Translations under genes and position numbers: made by a program
In this document: positions 37,841 through 51,324 of the stretch, one piece after another
How positions within the stretch are numbered: the first letter of the stretch is position 1
How the letters are laid out: each line of letters begins with the position of its first letter
Assembly (NCBI GenBank): GCA_024704765.1
Contig: JAKMXF010000111.1
Location: 1,194,619-1,258,618, forward strand
Length of the DNA: 64,000 bases
Source of the DNA: Oopsacas minuta
Taxonomy: Eukaryota; Animalia; Porifera
Direction of reading: 5' to 3'
Notes under the pieces: generated by a model
What the model was told of the DNA's origin: nothing
The model's database searches: none
Seen by the model: the letters and a program-made list of their open reading frames with translations, nothing else

Positions 37841-40800
37841 ATGGCAACTCTTGAACAAGGCTATTCGACTGCATTTGAAGATTTATTCAGCAGGAAACCT
37901 ATAGCTCCTACCAGTCCTTATTCTAAGAGAAGATCGATATCGCCCATGGCAGAAGCTACTGTAAAAATCCGTACATTGGTGGACAATATTAAAGAGAATG
38001 CCAGATACCGTCTTTCTATTCGTATGAAGAAGGATAGCGGACAAGCCGATAGGTTTCGCCCCTTTCCATTCACTAATTCCTCTGAAAAAGAACTACCTAC
38101 TTATAGTGATGTCCTGCATGAAGAAATACAGCGGAAATACGAGGAAGAGCTCGAAAAACGGCCCAACTCGGAGCCACAAGGTCAAGTCGCGTTTCCACCT
38201 AAAGAACTTTACCCTCAGTTCTTAGAAACTCTGCCTGATGACAGATTACATCAAGCTAGTTTATCTCCTGAAGAGAATATGTCTGCTTATCTGAGTGCCT
38301 TACAGAGCACTTTGTGTCTGTTAGAAGCAGGGCTGAGCAAGGCAGACGGAAAAACTATGTTAACTAAGGTACAGGAAGTATTTGATATTCAAGATGAAGA
38401 GCAAGAGAGCTGGTTAGAGCACATCACAAAAAGTGCAGATTTCAATTACAGTATTCAATGCAGGTAAATATTAAGTTTAATTCATTGACTTTTAATTATG
38501 TAATTTGTATTCAATAATTTTATTGTTGTATTTATAGAGTGGTTAGTGTGGGTTACATAGTAGAAAAGTATAGAAGAGATGACATATACTGTCGTGTTGG
38601 TATATCTCATATAAATCCTGATTCTATCAGTCCAAAGACTCACATCACAGAGCTGGTAAGATATTCACCGCTTCAAACTACGTATTTTCATATTTTATTA
38701 TGATCTTTATTTCAGATTAGTGAGAACCACTGGGAGAGTACCTCTTCGATTTCTCTAGCGAGGAGTGGAGTAGGATTTGATGAGACAAAGATATTACCTC
38801 TACCAAAAAAAAATCTTTTCTTCTTCCTTGAGCTCTGGTCAGGCTCTGAGTTTGCTCTTCCCTCTCAGAGCAGATATTCTCCTCGGATGAGAGAAGCTTC
38901 CAGACCGACCTCTGACCACCCTCTCTTCAATTCCAATGAATCTAGTAGTAACTACTCCTCATCTAAGAGGAATAGCTCTTCTCCCAATCTATACGGTAAA
39001 TTTCAATTTGATATTAGCAAGAATTGATACACTAGAGTTAAGAAAAACGTATAGAAGTTTATTACGAACCTATTTTTAGAAAGTATGAGTTTACCACGCA
39101 ATGTACCCTCGCGACCTGCACCAGAGAATGAAGATAGAGTGCGAATGATAGGAGGCTGTATTCCAGCACGCTTCATGCATATCCCTGTATTTCACGGGTT
39201 GAGGCCGACACCCAGTCCTCGTTCCAAGAGCACAGGGGATGTATTCATAGGACGTATGTACATTGATGCACAGAAGATAACAATAGAGTGTGCTGGAGGA
39301 GCTGTGCAATCCTACCCTCTATTTTCAAGGTAATTACACTAAATTTCTTTAAATAAGAAACTTAATTAATTGAATAAGTCATAGCATATTAGCTAGCATA
39401 TTAGCTAGCAAATGTATTCAATAATGCAAATGAGTTAGTAATGTCCGCTGAGGTGATTAAATTGATTAATTATTCTGAATTGTGCTGAACTCTCTAATAT
39501 TGTTTGGCTGTATAACCATTCTAGATGATTATCTAGTGTCTATTTAATTAAGATATTATTAAGACAATTATTTCATTAGTCTACTGAATCATTATCTAGG
39601 TCTGGAAAACACATGAGGGGCACTATACAGTTACAACTACGACTTGTGTCACGGTGTATTCTATCGAATGAACGTCTTTTTCAAAATTGCCCTACATTTG
39701 ACGTCACGAGACCATCAGCTTTAGAACCCTTGGAGTTACATAGGAATGTACAAGTTGCATTAGCTAAGTACGAGATAGAAAATTCTAATGACAGGATTTG
39801 GGATGGAAGTTTCGATTCTTATTTCAAAGCTCTTTTGAAACAACACCGTTTTGATCATGAGTTGACTGAGGTATGTATTCGTTAGATATAATTTATAAAC
39901 TAAAATATTATCATACAGTACGTAATACAATGGTTATTAGGTTCAGAGTGCAGTAGCTACTTTAGATGTTCTTAGTAAGGTACAACCCTCTCTCTATTGT
40001 AAGGCTACTACTCTAGAGTCTCATTTCAATAGACTATTGGTCCTCTTCGAGGGTTCAGACTCTGGACTGGGCCCGGGGGAGAAAAAATTACTCCGTCGTA
40101 CTCTAGAGGGTCTCATGGATTATCATCTACACGGACTAGCTCTTAACATGCTATTTGTTGTCACTACTGAGAGAGAGAAGAGTCAAAAAGTAATTGCAGA
40201 AGTTGACAATCTTCTAGATGTAAGTTACTTACGAGCTAGCTAAACAGTTAATTACGCTAATAATAGAATGGAAATATTTCATTGCAGATATTTCTGTGAT
40301 TACTGATTAGTATTCACTAATTGTTAAGATATACCAAATTATGAAAAGTTAAGTTGAACATTACTTTATTGTGAACAAAGCCGGTTGTACCAATAAAAAC
40401 ATCTGCAATTATGATCATACTATAAATAGATTTGACTATAATGATTAATAAATAATTATCCTATGTGATTAGGTGATAAATAAACTGATGAAAGAACTCT
40501 CTATATATCATTATGAAACAGAAACAAAATTCCGTCTAGAGCAGAAAGTAATGCATCTGGTTACTCTATGTTTTGACTCGTGTCTAGAGACTTATTCTAT
40601 TACAACTTTTCGATTTATTTGTCTTGTTGAGGGCATTCACGAATACCTGAGAAAGATAAGAGACTATAAAACTACATACACTATAGAGGGGGAATGTTTG
40701 AGACATCTCTACAAGTGTATTATTATGCATCTAACTGAGTGTATTAGAAGGTTCATGACAGGAGAAGCTGTTTCCAGGTGAGTTAAATAATAACTGCTTG

Positions 40801-43117
40801 TATACGAATAATCTCAATAATATTTGTAATGTTGGATTACATATCTCATTTGATTTATAGGAATAATTATAAGAAATAGGAAGAATAATGTTATATCTTT
40901 TACTTCATTATTCTATATTGTCATAAATAAGGCGTATACATTTACATATTTCTAAGAAGGTTTAAACACAATGGGTGTGACTCCCCTTGAGAATATTACC
41001 TCATTTTATGGATCATAATAATGGAATATAATCCTTAAGATATCATCTAATATACTTATTAATTGAATATTCATTTTTACCAAGAATTACATAATACACA
41101 TTACATATTACTAATATGAAAATAAATATAAATTTTCCGTAATGTGGGTTGAATTGCTGACATCCATAAATGAACATGCCAATATAGCATTGATTTTATC
41201 AGAATATTTTCCATTTATGAAGGATTATATTCGGGAAATATAATCTCTACGGAATATTTATTATATCATATTTATTCACAGAGCAACTGAACTTGAGACA
41301 ATTCGTCAAGAAATATACTCTCTCTACGTTGTCATAAGGAATATACAAGAACTCAGACCTTCTTTTACAATTATAACCAGTGAAGATGGACAGAACAATG
41401 AAATACTACAACCATTTGAGTCTTACATAATACCTTGGTTTGGAGATATCTGTTCTAGATCGTGTGATGTTGTGAGGGATGCTATTATGGTAAGTATTTA
41501 TCATAAAGCATATCTATCATATACCTGAATGTATCTGAACAGTTCCAACTGCTTTGTGGATCTATCAATTGTTCATATACATACATCTCCCTTTTTGAGA
41601 ATTTTAATATAATCATTTTGGGATATCCTACTCTAATCTACAAAATGTATTTTACCATTCTTTAACCACGCAAGACAATACAAGAATTGTCTGTTTTTGC
41701 TAATTATATGCATTTCTATATGCAACGACAATCTTTAATATTGATAATTAGTTGTTGCTCCACAACTTAACAATTCATTTCATTACTTCTAGGCTAGGTG
41801 GTGGCACTAGGGTCATATTACGTTAAATTAGTTGAAAGCACTGCTCAGTTTTGGAATGATCGTTGAATTACTTAGCTGGGGAGATTAACTAAATTAATAA
41901 TAGCAATTATGACATGATAACCCATCTGCTATCTAATGAGGATATCTTTTACTCAAAATGTGATTTTACAACTGCAACGTTACTGGAATAATACAATTAC
42001 ATTGGAGACACAAAGTTAATACTAAACTTAGTCAAAATACATGCACAATTTAATTCACTTCCCAATGCCTTTTCAATGAGAATAACCTAAGCTAATATAT
42101 ACTGATAAAGAGCATATGTAGTTTGACGGTCCCTTGTTGTTCTTATTAAAAAGAGTCTACAATAAATAAGATCTTGTTAGTTAATAGGGTATATGATAAT
42201 AAATATTGTTAATCTTTCAGGTAGACCAGCTTGTTCCTGTGGACATTCATGTGAAGTACAGCACAATGGTGGTTGACATAGATGGAATTCTGAATGATAC
42301 ATATCACTTCTTACGTCGTTTCCAATGGGCACGACCTCAAGCCTTTGCTAAACTGATAGAACGAGTACTTCACTATCTGCATAGATTAGTGGATATATTC
42401 GTAATACAGTCTAGAGAGAAGCTAAGCAGGGTTAATTCTGAATTTCCGTATATAACCAATGAAGAGGTGAGTTGCACTAATTTATGATTCAAAACTTGAC
42501 TTCATTACGCTATCTGCCCCAAATACTTTACTACCCCAATAGCAATAAAATAATACATCCAATATTTCTAGATTATAATCCTGGAGAACACTTGTAAAAT
42601 GCATGAGGTACTGGAAACAGCTAAAGAAAAGATCTGTAAAGTATCAACAGTAACAAAGGCATCAATATGTAACATAGACGAGAATATAGAGACAATCCAC
42701 GAGAGATTAGACACATATATAGAAGCAGTCATCTCACAAATGGCTAAAATGTTCTCTGCCGATGCTAAAGATTATTTAAAGGATGTATTGAAATTACCAA
42801 AGGATAACTCACTGATACAACCAATGAACAAATGGAACAGTTTCATATATACTATAACACAACGAGTATCTACCAATACATCTCTTGATGTCCTTAGAAT
42901 AATATACCAAATGATGTGGGATGATATTTTAGAAATAATAGTTAAACAATTAGACAGGAAACAATTCAAACTCAAAGGTAAACTCCAAGAAAGATTAGAC
43001 AATATTATGCCAATGATGTATGACTATTTTCACCGAGAAGGAGAAGGTTTGAAACCAGAAGAGCTGAAGACAGAGAACTACGCTAATATCATATACAAAT
43101 TAATCAAACATCATTAA
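37841..43117 (+). CDS. BAIAP3: BAIAP3/Munc13-4-like protein (C2A + MUN, no C2B). Exons 37841-38463, 38538-38655, 38716-38995, 39080-39329, 39600-39870, 39941-40219, 40473-40777, 41282-41489, 42221-42466, 42572-43117
   Basis: All GT-AG phases are consistent (3126 nt, 1041 aa). AYLSALQSTL...VQEVFDIQDEEQ precedes a C2 fold ending RSGKHMRGTIQLQLRL. MHD1-like PFESYIIPWF...AIMVDQLVPVD...FQWARP; MHD2 end YFHREGEGLKPEELKTENY. BAIAP3 versus UNC13D is not resolved, and small extra exons in 40778-41281 are possible. Confidence 0.78.
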
Positions 43118-43748
43118 CGTTTTTCCCATTCCAAAATGACTTTTCACCAATCAAACTTTCGAGCATTTTACTTAGCCATCAAGTTAGCTAGTTTGATACA
43201 AATGCTCTATATACTAGTAATGCTATACTGCATAAAGCTTATAAATATGTATAAATTGACATTTTATATTTTCATCTCATTAATTCTTTCTATAAATTGT
43301 ATCAATTACTCTAATACAATAAGTTACCTTATTACCCGAAACATACGTACAGTACAGTAGTACTAGTACTATTCGGGGAAAGACGGTACTCAATTCTTTC
43401 TCTAATCATAGTAGAAAGTTAAAATAATCTCAGTTGATAACTTGAGTCGCCTCAATTGTAGAAAGTGTTTCTAATCAGTAATATAGGTTGCTAGTAGGGC
43501 TCCCTATCTCTTATCCTATACGCTATGTATTAAATTTTATTAATATTATAATTTTAACGAATGATACTGTATGAAATTTCGCATGTGTGTTGATAATCTG
43601 AAAACATAACTGTTGGTAATTTAACGACAGTTTTGTTGTTAATTTGCAGGCATCTCTTATTAAGATTGTATAACATTCAATTGTACGACAACTTTAACAT
43701 AATTAATTCCAGCAGCAGCATAGCGTATAGCATTATAAAAATATATAA

Positions 43749-46373
43749 TTAATCATTCTCTAATAATTCGTCTCCTTGTACGAGTGGTACTGTGTCTCTC
43801 ACTTCCACCTCACTAGTGTATCTAGCTGCTACTACTGTAGTATCTCTGTATCTCCAGCAGCAGAATAAGCTACCGTTACGTGTAGGAAGAGAGTGATGTG
43901 TTAAGGTAGATACTGTAGGCATAGGTTCTGAGTTTATGTAACTTGATATAGAAGTGTTATCTGATTCTCTGGAGCTGTTCAAACGATTCAAGATGTCTCG
44001 AGATGATAGTTTGTTTGGTGTCTTCCCTTTCTGAATACGCTTCAGTTTGTTTTCTAAATGAACTAGTAGTATAAAACTTTTATATTAAGATTATAATGTC
44101 CTCCTATCAATGTGAATTAACTCCTAATCTTAGGAATCTAACATTCCTTGAATGCAAGTAATCACTGCTGGATCAGATAACCTCCTTACAAGATATCAAG
44201 TCAGCCTCAGATCGAATGGTAGTCTGTGTGTAGAGTTTATATATTTGTAGATTTTAAGATGTTCTATAACTAAACTCTAAATAAATTCGAGCTAAGAATA
44301 TACATATCGTATTATATGGATTAGCCCCCACACATCCTCGATAATCGCCTCACGCGGAGGGGTGGCGAATTCCAATAAATAAATAATATTTCAACGCTAA
44401 TGAAGCAAATTATGGGAGTTTGTGAATTTTTAACGCTTCACTTGAACAATACATAAATACACACGAATTCAGGGATAGAATCTTTACATATTTGTAGGAA
44501 ATAATATACCTAAACTCTGCATATATTGCTACAAAAAACTTTATTAGAACTACAGTTAACTAAATATCTGAGATGGCATTCAACCCGTTCATATACGTAG
44601 CAGGGTTGGTGATGGAAGCACCATTGTACCATTTGGTGCTGGAAGGACTACTGGTCATTTGGATATTCCAGCTGTTATTCTCTAAGAGCTACTACATCAG
44701 GAAGCGTCCAGGCCTGAGCGCTAAAGAAGAGGAGGAGTTGATAGCCGAATGGACCCCTGAGCCTCTGGTTCCTCCCTGTGATGATCCACCCCCTGAAAAC
44801 AACAACATAGTAGATAAGATTGCAACTAGAACAATATCAATCAACGGAGAAGAACGTCTAAACTTAGCAACCACTTCATTCCATGGAATGAATGGGGATA
44901 AGAGTTGCATTGAGACAGCACTGAGTGCAATCGATAAGTATGGGGTTGGAGCTTGTGGTCCTCGTGCTTTCTACGGTACCATTGACATCCATCTGGAGTT
45001 TGAGAAGCGAATAGCAGCACATATGGGAGCAGAAATAGCCATCCTATACTCATACGGGTTCTCAACAGTAAGCAGTAGTATCAATTGCTACTGCAAACGA
45101 ATGGATATAGTATTCTGTGATGAAGGTGCCAATCTAGCTATCAAGAAGGGGATCGAGGCATCACGCTCTAAAGTACGTTATTTCAAGCACAATGATACTG
45201 ATGACCTGAATACTCTCCTGGAAGAACACGCTAGATGGGAGCGCAAAAATTCGCGACAAGCTAAGGTAACAAAAAAGTTCCTGGTAGCAGAGGGTCTGTA
45301 CAATTACTACGGAGACATCTGTCCATTGAAAGAACTGATCGCTTTCAAGTACAAATACGGAGCTAGACTGATTATTGATGAGAGCTACTCGTTCGGAGTC
45401 CTGGGGGAGACAGGAAGGGGAGTGGCGGAGTATTTCGGAGCCGACAACTCAGACATTGACGTGGTCACTGTATCGATGGACCATGCACTCGGCTCCAACG
45501 GAGGTTTCGCATACGGTACTGCTTACATGATAGAAATACAAAGACTGGGAGGTCTCGGGTACTGCTTCTCAGCTGCGCTACCTCCCTATCTGACAGCCTC
45601 AGCTCTCAAGGCTCTAGAACTTATTGATGAGAATCCTAAACTCATTTCACGTTTGAAAGAGAATTCCAACTATTTATACGACCAGCTCTGGTCTCTAGAC
45701 GGAATCAAGCTTAGCAACCATAGGGACTCTCCGGTATTTCACTTGCGACTGATGGCGCCCACAACCTGGGGGCAGGACTTCGCTCTGCTTCAGAGAGCTG
45801 CAGAGAGAATTAACGCTAGGGGAGTAGCTGTAACTATGACAACGTATGTACGCAGTGAGGAATTGATTCTCCCAGAACCTAGTCTGCGCATTGTAGTAAA
45901 CAGCTGTTTAACACGAGAAGACATTACACGTGTGTCAGGTGTAGTATCTGAGGTAGTGACAGAGATGCTAGATGCTAAGTGAAGATAGCATCTATTTACT
46001 CGTTGCTGACTGGAATAGCAATAACTATAGTACATACTTTATTATTATTCACTGTTTTTAGTTGTCGTTATAGCAGGTTACACTGTATTAAAAATTGAAT
46101 AATATTTAATTTCTATAAATACTTACATTACTTACCCATGCGCCTGAGACCCTTCTCTAAATCCAATGGAGGTGGCAGCTCTGGGCAAGGCATGAGATGG
46201 GCTGGGAATTGTTTATCTTGAGAAGTAAAATCGTTATCGAATTTGTTGCCAAGTTTCTTTGAGCTACAATTCTCTAGTTTAGATTGCCATAAGTCTGAAC
46301 CATCTTCTGAGGGTGTGTCTGGTGTCCAGGGATCTGCATAGAATGACTCACTCAACAGAGATATATTCTGCAT
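43749..46373 (-). CDS. CCDC32: CCDC32-like protein; complement(join(43749..44062,46136..46373)), 183 aa
   Basis: A phase-1 donor (ATG G|GTAAGT) matches a phase-1 acceptor (TAG|TT CAT). The joined peptide DLWQS..FDNDF..PPLD..HLENKLKRIQKG..LSSRDILNRL resembles CCDC32 as recalled (DLWAE, FSDSF, SLEKKLRRIKG, TSKDMLRTL). Confidence 0.6.
44573..45982 (+). CDS. SPTLC1: Serine palmitoyltransferase subunit 1 (LCB1), intronless
   Basis: PLYHLVLEGLL, EEELIAEWTPEPLVP, KYGVGACGPRAFYGTIDIHL, YFKHNDTDDL, IDESYSFGVLG, YCFSAALPP; lacks the PLP lysine, as expected for LCB1. Confidence 0.95.
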   Translation: MAFNPFIYVAGLVMEAPLYHLVLEGLLVIWIFQLLFSKSYYIRKRPGLSAKEEEELIAEWTPEPLVPPCDDPPPENNNIVDKIATRTISINGEERLNLATTSFHGMNGDKSCIETALSAIDKYGVGACGPRAFYGTIDIHLEFEKRIAAHMGAEIAILYSYGFSTVSSSINCYCKRMDIVFCDEGANLAIKKGIEASRSKVRYFKHNDTDDLNTLLEEHARWERKNSRQAKVTKKFLVAEGLYNYYGDICPLKELIAFKYKYGARLIIDESYSFGVLGETGRGVAEYFGADNSDIDVVTVSMDHALGSNGGFAYGTAYMIEIQRLGGLGYCFSAALPPYLTASALKALELIDENPKLISRLKENSNYLYDQLWSLDGIKLSNHRDSPVFHLRLMAPTTWGQDFALLQRAAERINARGVAVTMTTYVRSEELILPEPSLRIVVNSCLTREDITRVSGVVSEVVTEMLDAK

Positions 46374-46675
46374 TTAATCTTACTTATATAAAATACCATA
46401 TATCATTAAATTTCTTAAAGCAGCATCTCAGATTTATGGCTTATTCTCATTCTACTGATTGATTACATACCTACAAACTCTTCAAATGGTCTCTGGACTA
46501 TCCAGGGATTTTGTTGGGTGGACGTTTTGTTCAACTGAGTTTTGACAAAATTTGCAATTGGGATGGCTATGCACTTGCAACAGCTTCAAGATTGTATTTA
46601 AATTTATTCTCTCATATAATACATAACATATGCAAACAGGATTAGTTTTAATAGCACTTTTTAAAATACTAATTA

Positions 46676-46855
46676 CTGTAGAACTCGGATAAGACACCTT
46701 CGGGAAGCCAACATACTAATTACTATCCGAGCGTACTTCTTATCCGGTTAGAGATTGTACGTATATAATTAATGGACGCTAAATTTTGAGTTTGAAAGAA
46801 GTTCGTATTATCCCAGTGTACTTCTTATCCGAATATGTCTTACCGAGTTCTACTG
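46676..46855. mobile_element. Tc1/pogo-like MITE (180 bp)
   Basis: TA-ctgtagaactcggataagac ... gtcttaccgagttctactg-TA. Confidence 0.75.
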
Positions 46856-46968
46856 TATGTTCTAACTAATAAATAGGAAGAAATTTAATATCCTAAGTAA
46901 TGTAATATTTATTTGCCTGTTTAGAGTTTACTCAATTAAGCTCAAAGTCATTCTACTGTGAAATAATA

Positions 46969-48541
46969 ATGGCTGAAAGTGAAAATCTAAATTGTTTAAT
47001 TAATCCACCCGATCAAACACTAGATAAGAATGATAATTTGTTGTATATCCGAGAAAGATGGGACATTAAGAGGTTACAAACTTGAGTTTCTAAAAGAAGA
47101 AATACCTCATTGTTTCAAAGGCTTTGTAATCTGTACTATTTGTGAGGGAATAATGCGAGATGCATGCGGAGTGGGAAAGCCTCAGGTGTTCATGTGTGCA
47201 GTATGTGCAAATGAAAAGACTACTATTTCCCTGCCACCTAATCGTAACGTAATACATATGATGGTTGTATACTGCCCTTTGAAATCACGTGGTTGTGGTT
47301 GGGAAGGAACGCTTCAATCAGCTGATACACATTTGGATGAGTGTGGATATTTTCACATTGGTTGTGAGCTGTCATGTGGGATTATGCTTGAGAGGAGCGA
47401 AATGGAAACACACCTTACCAAATATTGTCCATTTCGTGAAATAGTTTGTGAATACTGTTCAGAAAATCACAAAGAAACCAATACGAATCTGCACCTAGAG
47501 ACTTGTATAAAGTTACCAATACAGTGTAGTAATGAATGTGGAGTTATAATTGAGAGGATAGACATGGAGAATCACATTGAAGAGACGTGTCCTAATACTC
47601 GGTTAGATTGTGAATATAAAAAGTACGGTTGTGATGTTATAGTCCTCAGAAATGAGGTTGATAAACATAAACTGGAGAACAGACTAATGCACATAGAATT
47701 AATAATGCAGTCTGGAATGCAGAAACAAACAGAAGAGTTAGATAAAGTCAACCAGGAAAACGAGTCTATTAAACAACAGCTTGAATTAGTAATTGAAAAG
47801 AATGAATCCCAGAAAACTATTCTATGTAAATTAACTGAGGATTATTACTCTCTCAAAGACGAATTGAATGAACTTAAGGCTGAATGTAAGAAGGATAGTG
47901 AAATTACCGGAAAAAATCAAGGAAAATTCTTGGATGAGACCTTTAAACCATTAGTCGAACGAGTGGAACTTGTTCATAGGAATAACAATTTATTGCAAGC
48001 AAAGGTATCTGACAAAATAAATTCAGATAAGATAGTAGCATTAACTAGTAATTGCATGGATCTTCAGTATCTAACAGTCTTCCAACAAAAGAAAACTTTT
48101 AAACTAACTGAAATATCCGAAAGAGGTTGGAAATGTCTATTTGAAAATTGGGAAGAGTTGAAGAGTTCGAAGGTTAGGATACTTACGATAAACTATGACC
48201 ATGTTAGCAATGATAATAATGAATTAGTAGTTAGATTTACTGGAAGGTTTTCTGCATCAGAATACAGTAATGCAACTGTAAATATATGTGTCGTTCTATT
48301 GAACAATACTCGGGATATCATGCAGAAGATATACAGAAGTACTGTTAAATTCAGACAGGATGATAATGTCAATGTGAATAATCCTACTCTCCCTCTAATC
48401 AAATATTCCAGTCTGCTCAGTCCTACGAAAAAAACTAATAAGATAGCGTATTCAGTATTGGCAGATATTCCTATGTTAGAGATTCGGAAGGAAGGAGTCT
48501 GCATTAATGATTGTATCTATATTCAAGTATACTATGATTGA
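46969..48541 (+). CDS. TRAF-like protein: degenerate RING, TRAF zinc fingers, coiled coil, divergent MATH-like C-terminus; extra C at 47049-47050
   Basis: ATG GCT GAA at 46969 reads to NLLYI, and a +1 base shifts into EKDGTLRGYK, paralleling LLYVEKDGMFRGYK in the neighbouring paralog. YCPLKSRGCGWEG, C-x-CG...H-x-C zinc-finger repeats, CEYKKYGC; C-terminal INDCIYIQV. Confidence 0.82.
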
Positions 48542-49601
48542 GAGGAAGGCTAGATATGGATCTTCTGAAGGTGCTTTGTATTATATAATAATTTCTCAAT
48601 GAGAGCATGATGAACATATTAACTTGAAATATTAATAATATTATAGTTGAAAAAGATAATTGACAAAATGACGGGAAGGCAGGGCAGGGCTGCCGTGGGA
48701 ATGAAATTTTGAAACCCACTCCTAAGTGGGAAACCCATTGTAAGGAAATCATTTACCATTCCCATCCCTTAAATTAATAATTCCAGCTAATCACGTGGTC
48801 TGGTCCCGAGGTGACCATAGGTATAAATCTGTTTCACTTCTACACCTGGGATGTTATCGTAAACTTGAAAATTATTATACATTTATATGTGAAATGTTTA
48901 GATTTAGCTATTCATTAATTATACGTATCAGTTTCACATAAGACAAGTTATATGCATTACCATTGCATTGTGCGGATTGCATGCTGTTGATTATAGTCCC
49001 TTGGGTACAATTTTCAATTGAAATCGACCTCTTAGTCTCCCCAGTGACCGTTAAGACAAGTTTGACTGTATTGTATTTACTGTTTAGTTTATCAAATCAT
49101 AGATGCGTCACAATAATCTGTTTGAGTGTATGTTTTGCGGAGAAAAGTTTAAATCTGAAAATAGTAAAGATTGTCACATGGTTGAATGTTCAGCTGATGA
49201 CAGACAAATCAGCTGGTTGGATACAGTTACTAATAAAAGTAAGTATTGAAAATATACATGCAGTAGAACCTCCACTAACGGGAACTTCGGGAAACGGAGT
49301 GAAAATCAATAGAGTGAATTCCTAGTCCCATACAATTGAACCCCCACAAACAGGGAAACAGGGAAGCAGGGTAGCATTTTCGGCGTCCCTGGCTCCCTGT
49401 GTTGTGGAGGTGCCACTTCCAACTATTATTGATTATAATTAAAATTAATACACCGAATATTAAGAACCACATAATTAATTTAATACTGAATCCAATCTCT
49501 TTAATTTTTCATCAGATATTGCTTGAAATGCTTAGTTATCTAAACCATTCGCACAATTTTATATACACACAGCCTGTAACTTAATAGTAGTTCATGTATA
49601 G

Positions 49602-50443
49602 GTGTTGAGGGACGTATACATTTTGCATCAAAAGATAATAGAGAGACTCTATTGTATGTTGAGAAAGATGGAATGTTTAGAGGTTATAAAACTGAACTTT
49701 TAAAAGAGGAACTACCTACGTATTTTAGAAGCTTTGTATCATGTAGTAGTTGTGGGGGATTAATGCGGGAGGCTCGTGGAGTGGGAGATCCTCAGATACT
49801 TTTATGTCTAGTTTGTACTGAAAAAAAGAATTCTAATGCATTCGTAGCTAGCGATGAAGCAGTGGGGAATTTGGCAGTCTACTGCCCATTAAAGTCACGT
49901 GGATGTAAATGGGAAAATACAATCTCGTTAATTGACAAACATTTGGACATCTGTGAGTATTTTAATTTAGAATGTCCCCTGAAATGTGGAGTAATACTCA
50001 AGAGAGTAGACATACAAAATCATATAACGATATCATGTCCACATAGATTGATAAAGTGTAAATACTGTAGAGCGCTACATAAAGACATAGATTTGGCTTC
50101 TCATCAAAGATCAGTGTGTACAAATTTTCCATTGGATTGCAGTAATAAATGTGGAAATAAATTCAAAAGAGTAGACATGAAGTATCATATGGAAAAGGTG
50201 TGCCCGAATACTAAGTCAGAATGTTCCTATAAGAAGTATGGATGTGATGTGATACTAGCAAGGAAGGATTTGGAATCTCACAAAAATGAAAATAGATTTG
50301 TACATTTGGAACTGAAAACTGATTTTATTGAAAAGGAGATGAAATCAGAAATACAAAAACTGAAAAGCGAAAACGCATCTCTCCGAAAAGATTTTGATTC
50401 AATGAAGAGAATTAATTATAAAACTTCTAAAATTTTTAAGTAA
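49602..50443 (+). CDS. Second TRAF-like protein, ending after the coiled coil (no MATH seen); first exon not located
   Basis: Same RING-like and zinc-finger pattern (CPLKSRGCKWE, CSYKKYGC). Open frame from an acceptor at 49601; stop at 50443. Confidence 0.72.
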
Positions 50444-50579
50444 CATTTATATTTTAATAATAATATTACAGTTATAGTTCCAATAGTCAATTAGTGAAAA
50501 TATTGGTCAACAAACTGGTATAAATATTTATTGATAACCAGGTATGGTGAGAAGCTGTTACCAGCCAATTTACTTGTCT

Positions 50580-50945
50580 TGCTGTTAACAACACAAACTT
50601 GTCTATAACGGTAACCGAAGGGACTGGCCAAAAGTGGCCATTATATACAGACGGCCGCTATAGAGAGGTTGACCGTAATACATAAGTATGGTAGTAATTT
50701 TATGTTAATGGTGGTAATATAGATAAATTGGCCTTTAAGACAAGTAACCGATATTTAAGATAATATAGTGGAAGTAATTAATGATAGTCACCTAAGGGAC
50801 TTGTCAAGGAAAACGTATAGGAGGCGACCACTATATAAAGTGGCCGTTAGAGCCAGGTTTATCGCCAGCAAAGAACCAAAATGGTGGCCGCTATGTGCAG
50901 GTGACCGTTATACGGATGTACTAGGTTAGGCAGGTTTGACTCTAT
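50580..50945. mobile_element. Degenerate pogo/Tigger-like MITE
   Basis: Repeated ggccgctat / gaccgtta motifs and right end caggtttgact; left end not clear. Confidence 0.4.
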
Positions 50946-51324
50946 TTGCCATTGTTGACAACTACATTTCTCCAAACAATTAGCAGTTTAGCTTTGCTAT
51001 TATTCGAGCCGTTAGCTAACAGCTGTTAAATAACCCAACTCTATAATAGTATCTATTTATTAGAATAATTTATTTCTAATTTGGATAAATACAGACAGAT
51101 ATAATTAAATTTAGTCATAGCTGATCAGAGCACTCTACAGCTTACCTGTTTCCAGGCCTGTCGATTAGCTCCCCTTGATACCATTAAGTAACTTCTGTAT
51201 AACCCTTATGTGTATATTTCATCTTTTAACGAGCGCGGTTGCGAACATTTCGTGTCCACACTCCATATTCGGACTCAGCATACTCTATTACCCTAGTATA
51301 GCCTTTGAAAGTATGAATCTACTA

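Noticed and set aside
43118-43748. Missing C2B exon of the Munc13-like gene, and ORF 43136-43360
   Set aside because: No C2-like peptide in the frames just past the stop and no usable donor before it; the ORF is AT-rich and UTR-like.
44190-44223. Alternative small CCDC32 exon (TTIRSEADLIS) with a GTAAGG donor
   Set aside because: Its acceptor phase does not fit the upstream phase-1 donor and no in-frame ATG exon was found nearby; it cannot be fully excluded without cDNA.
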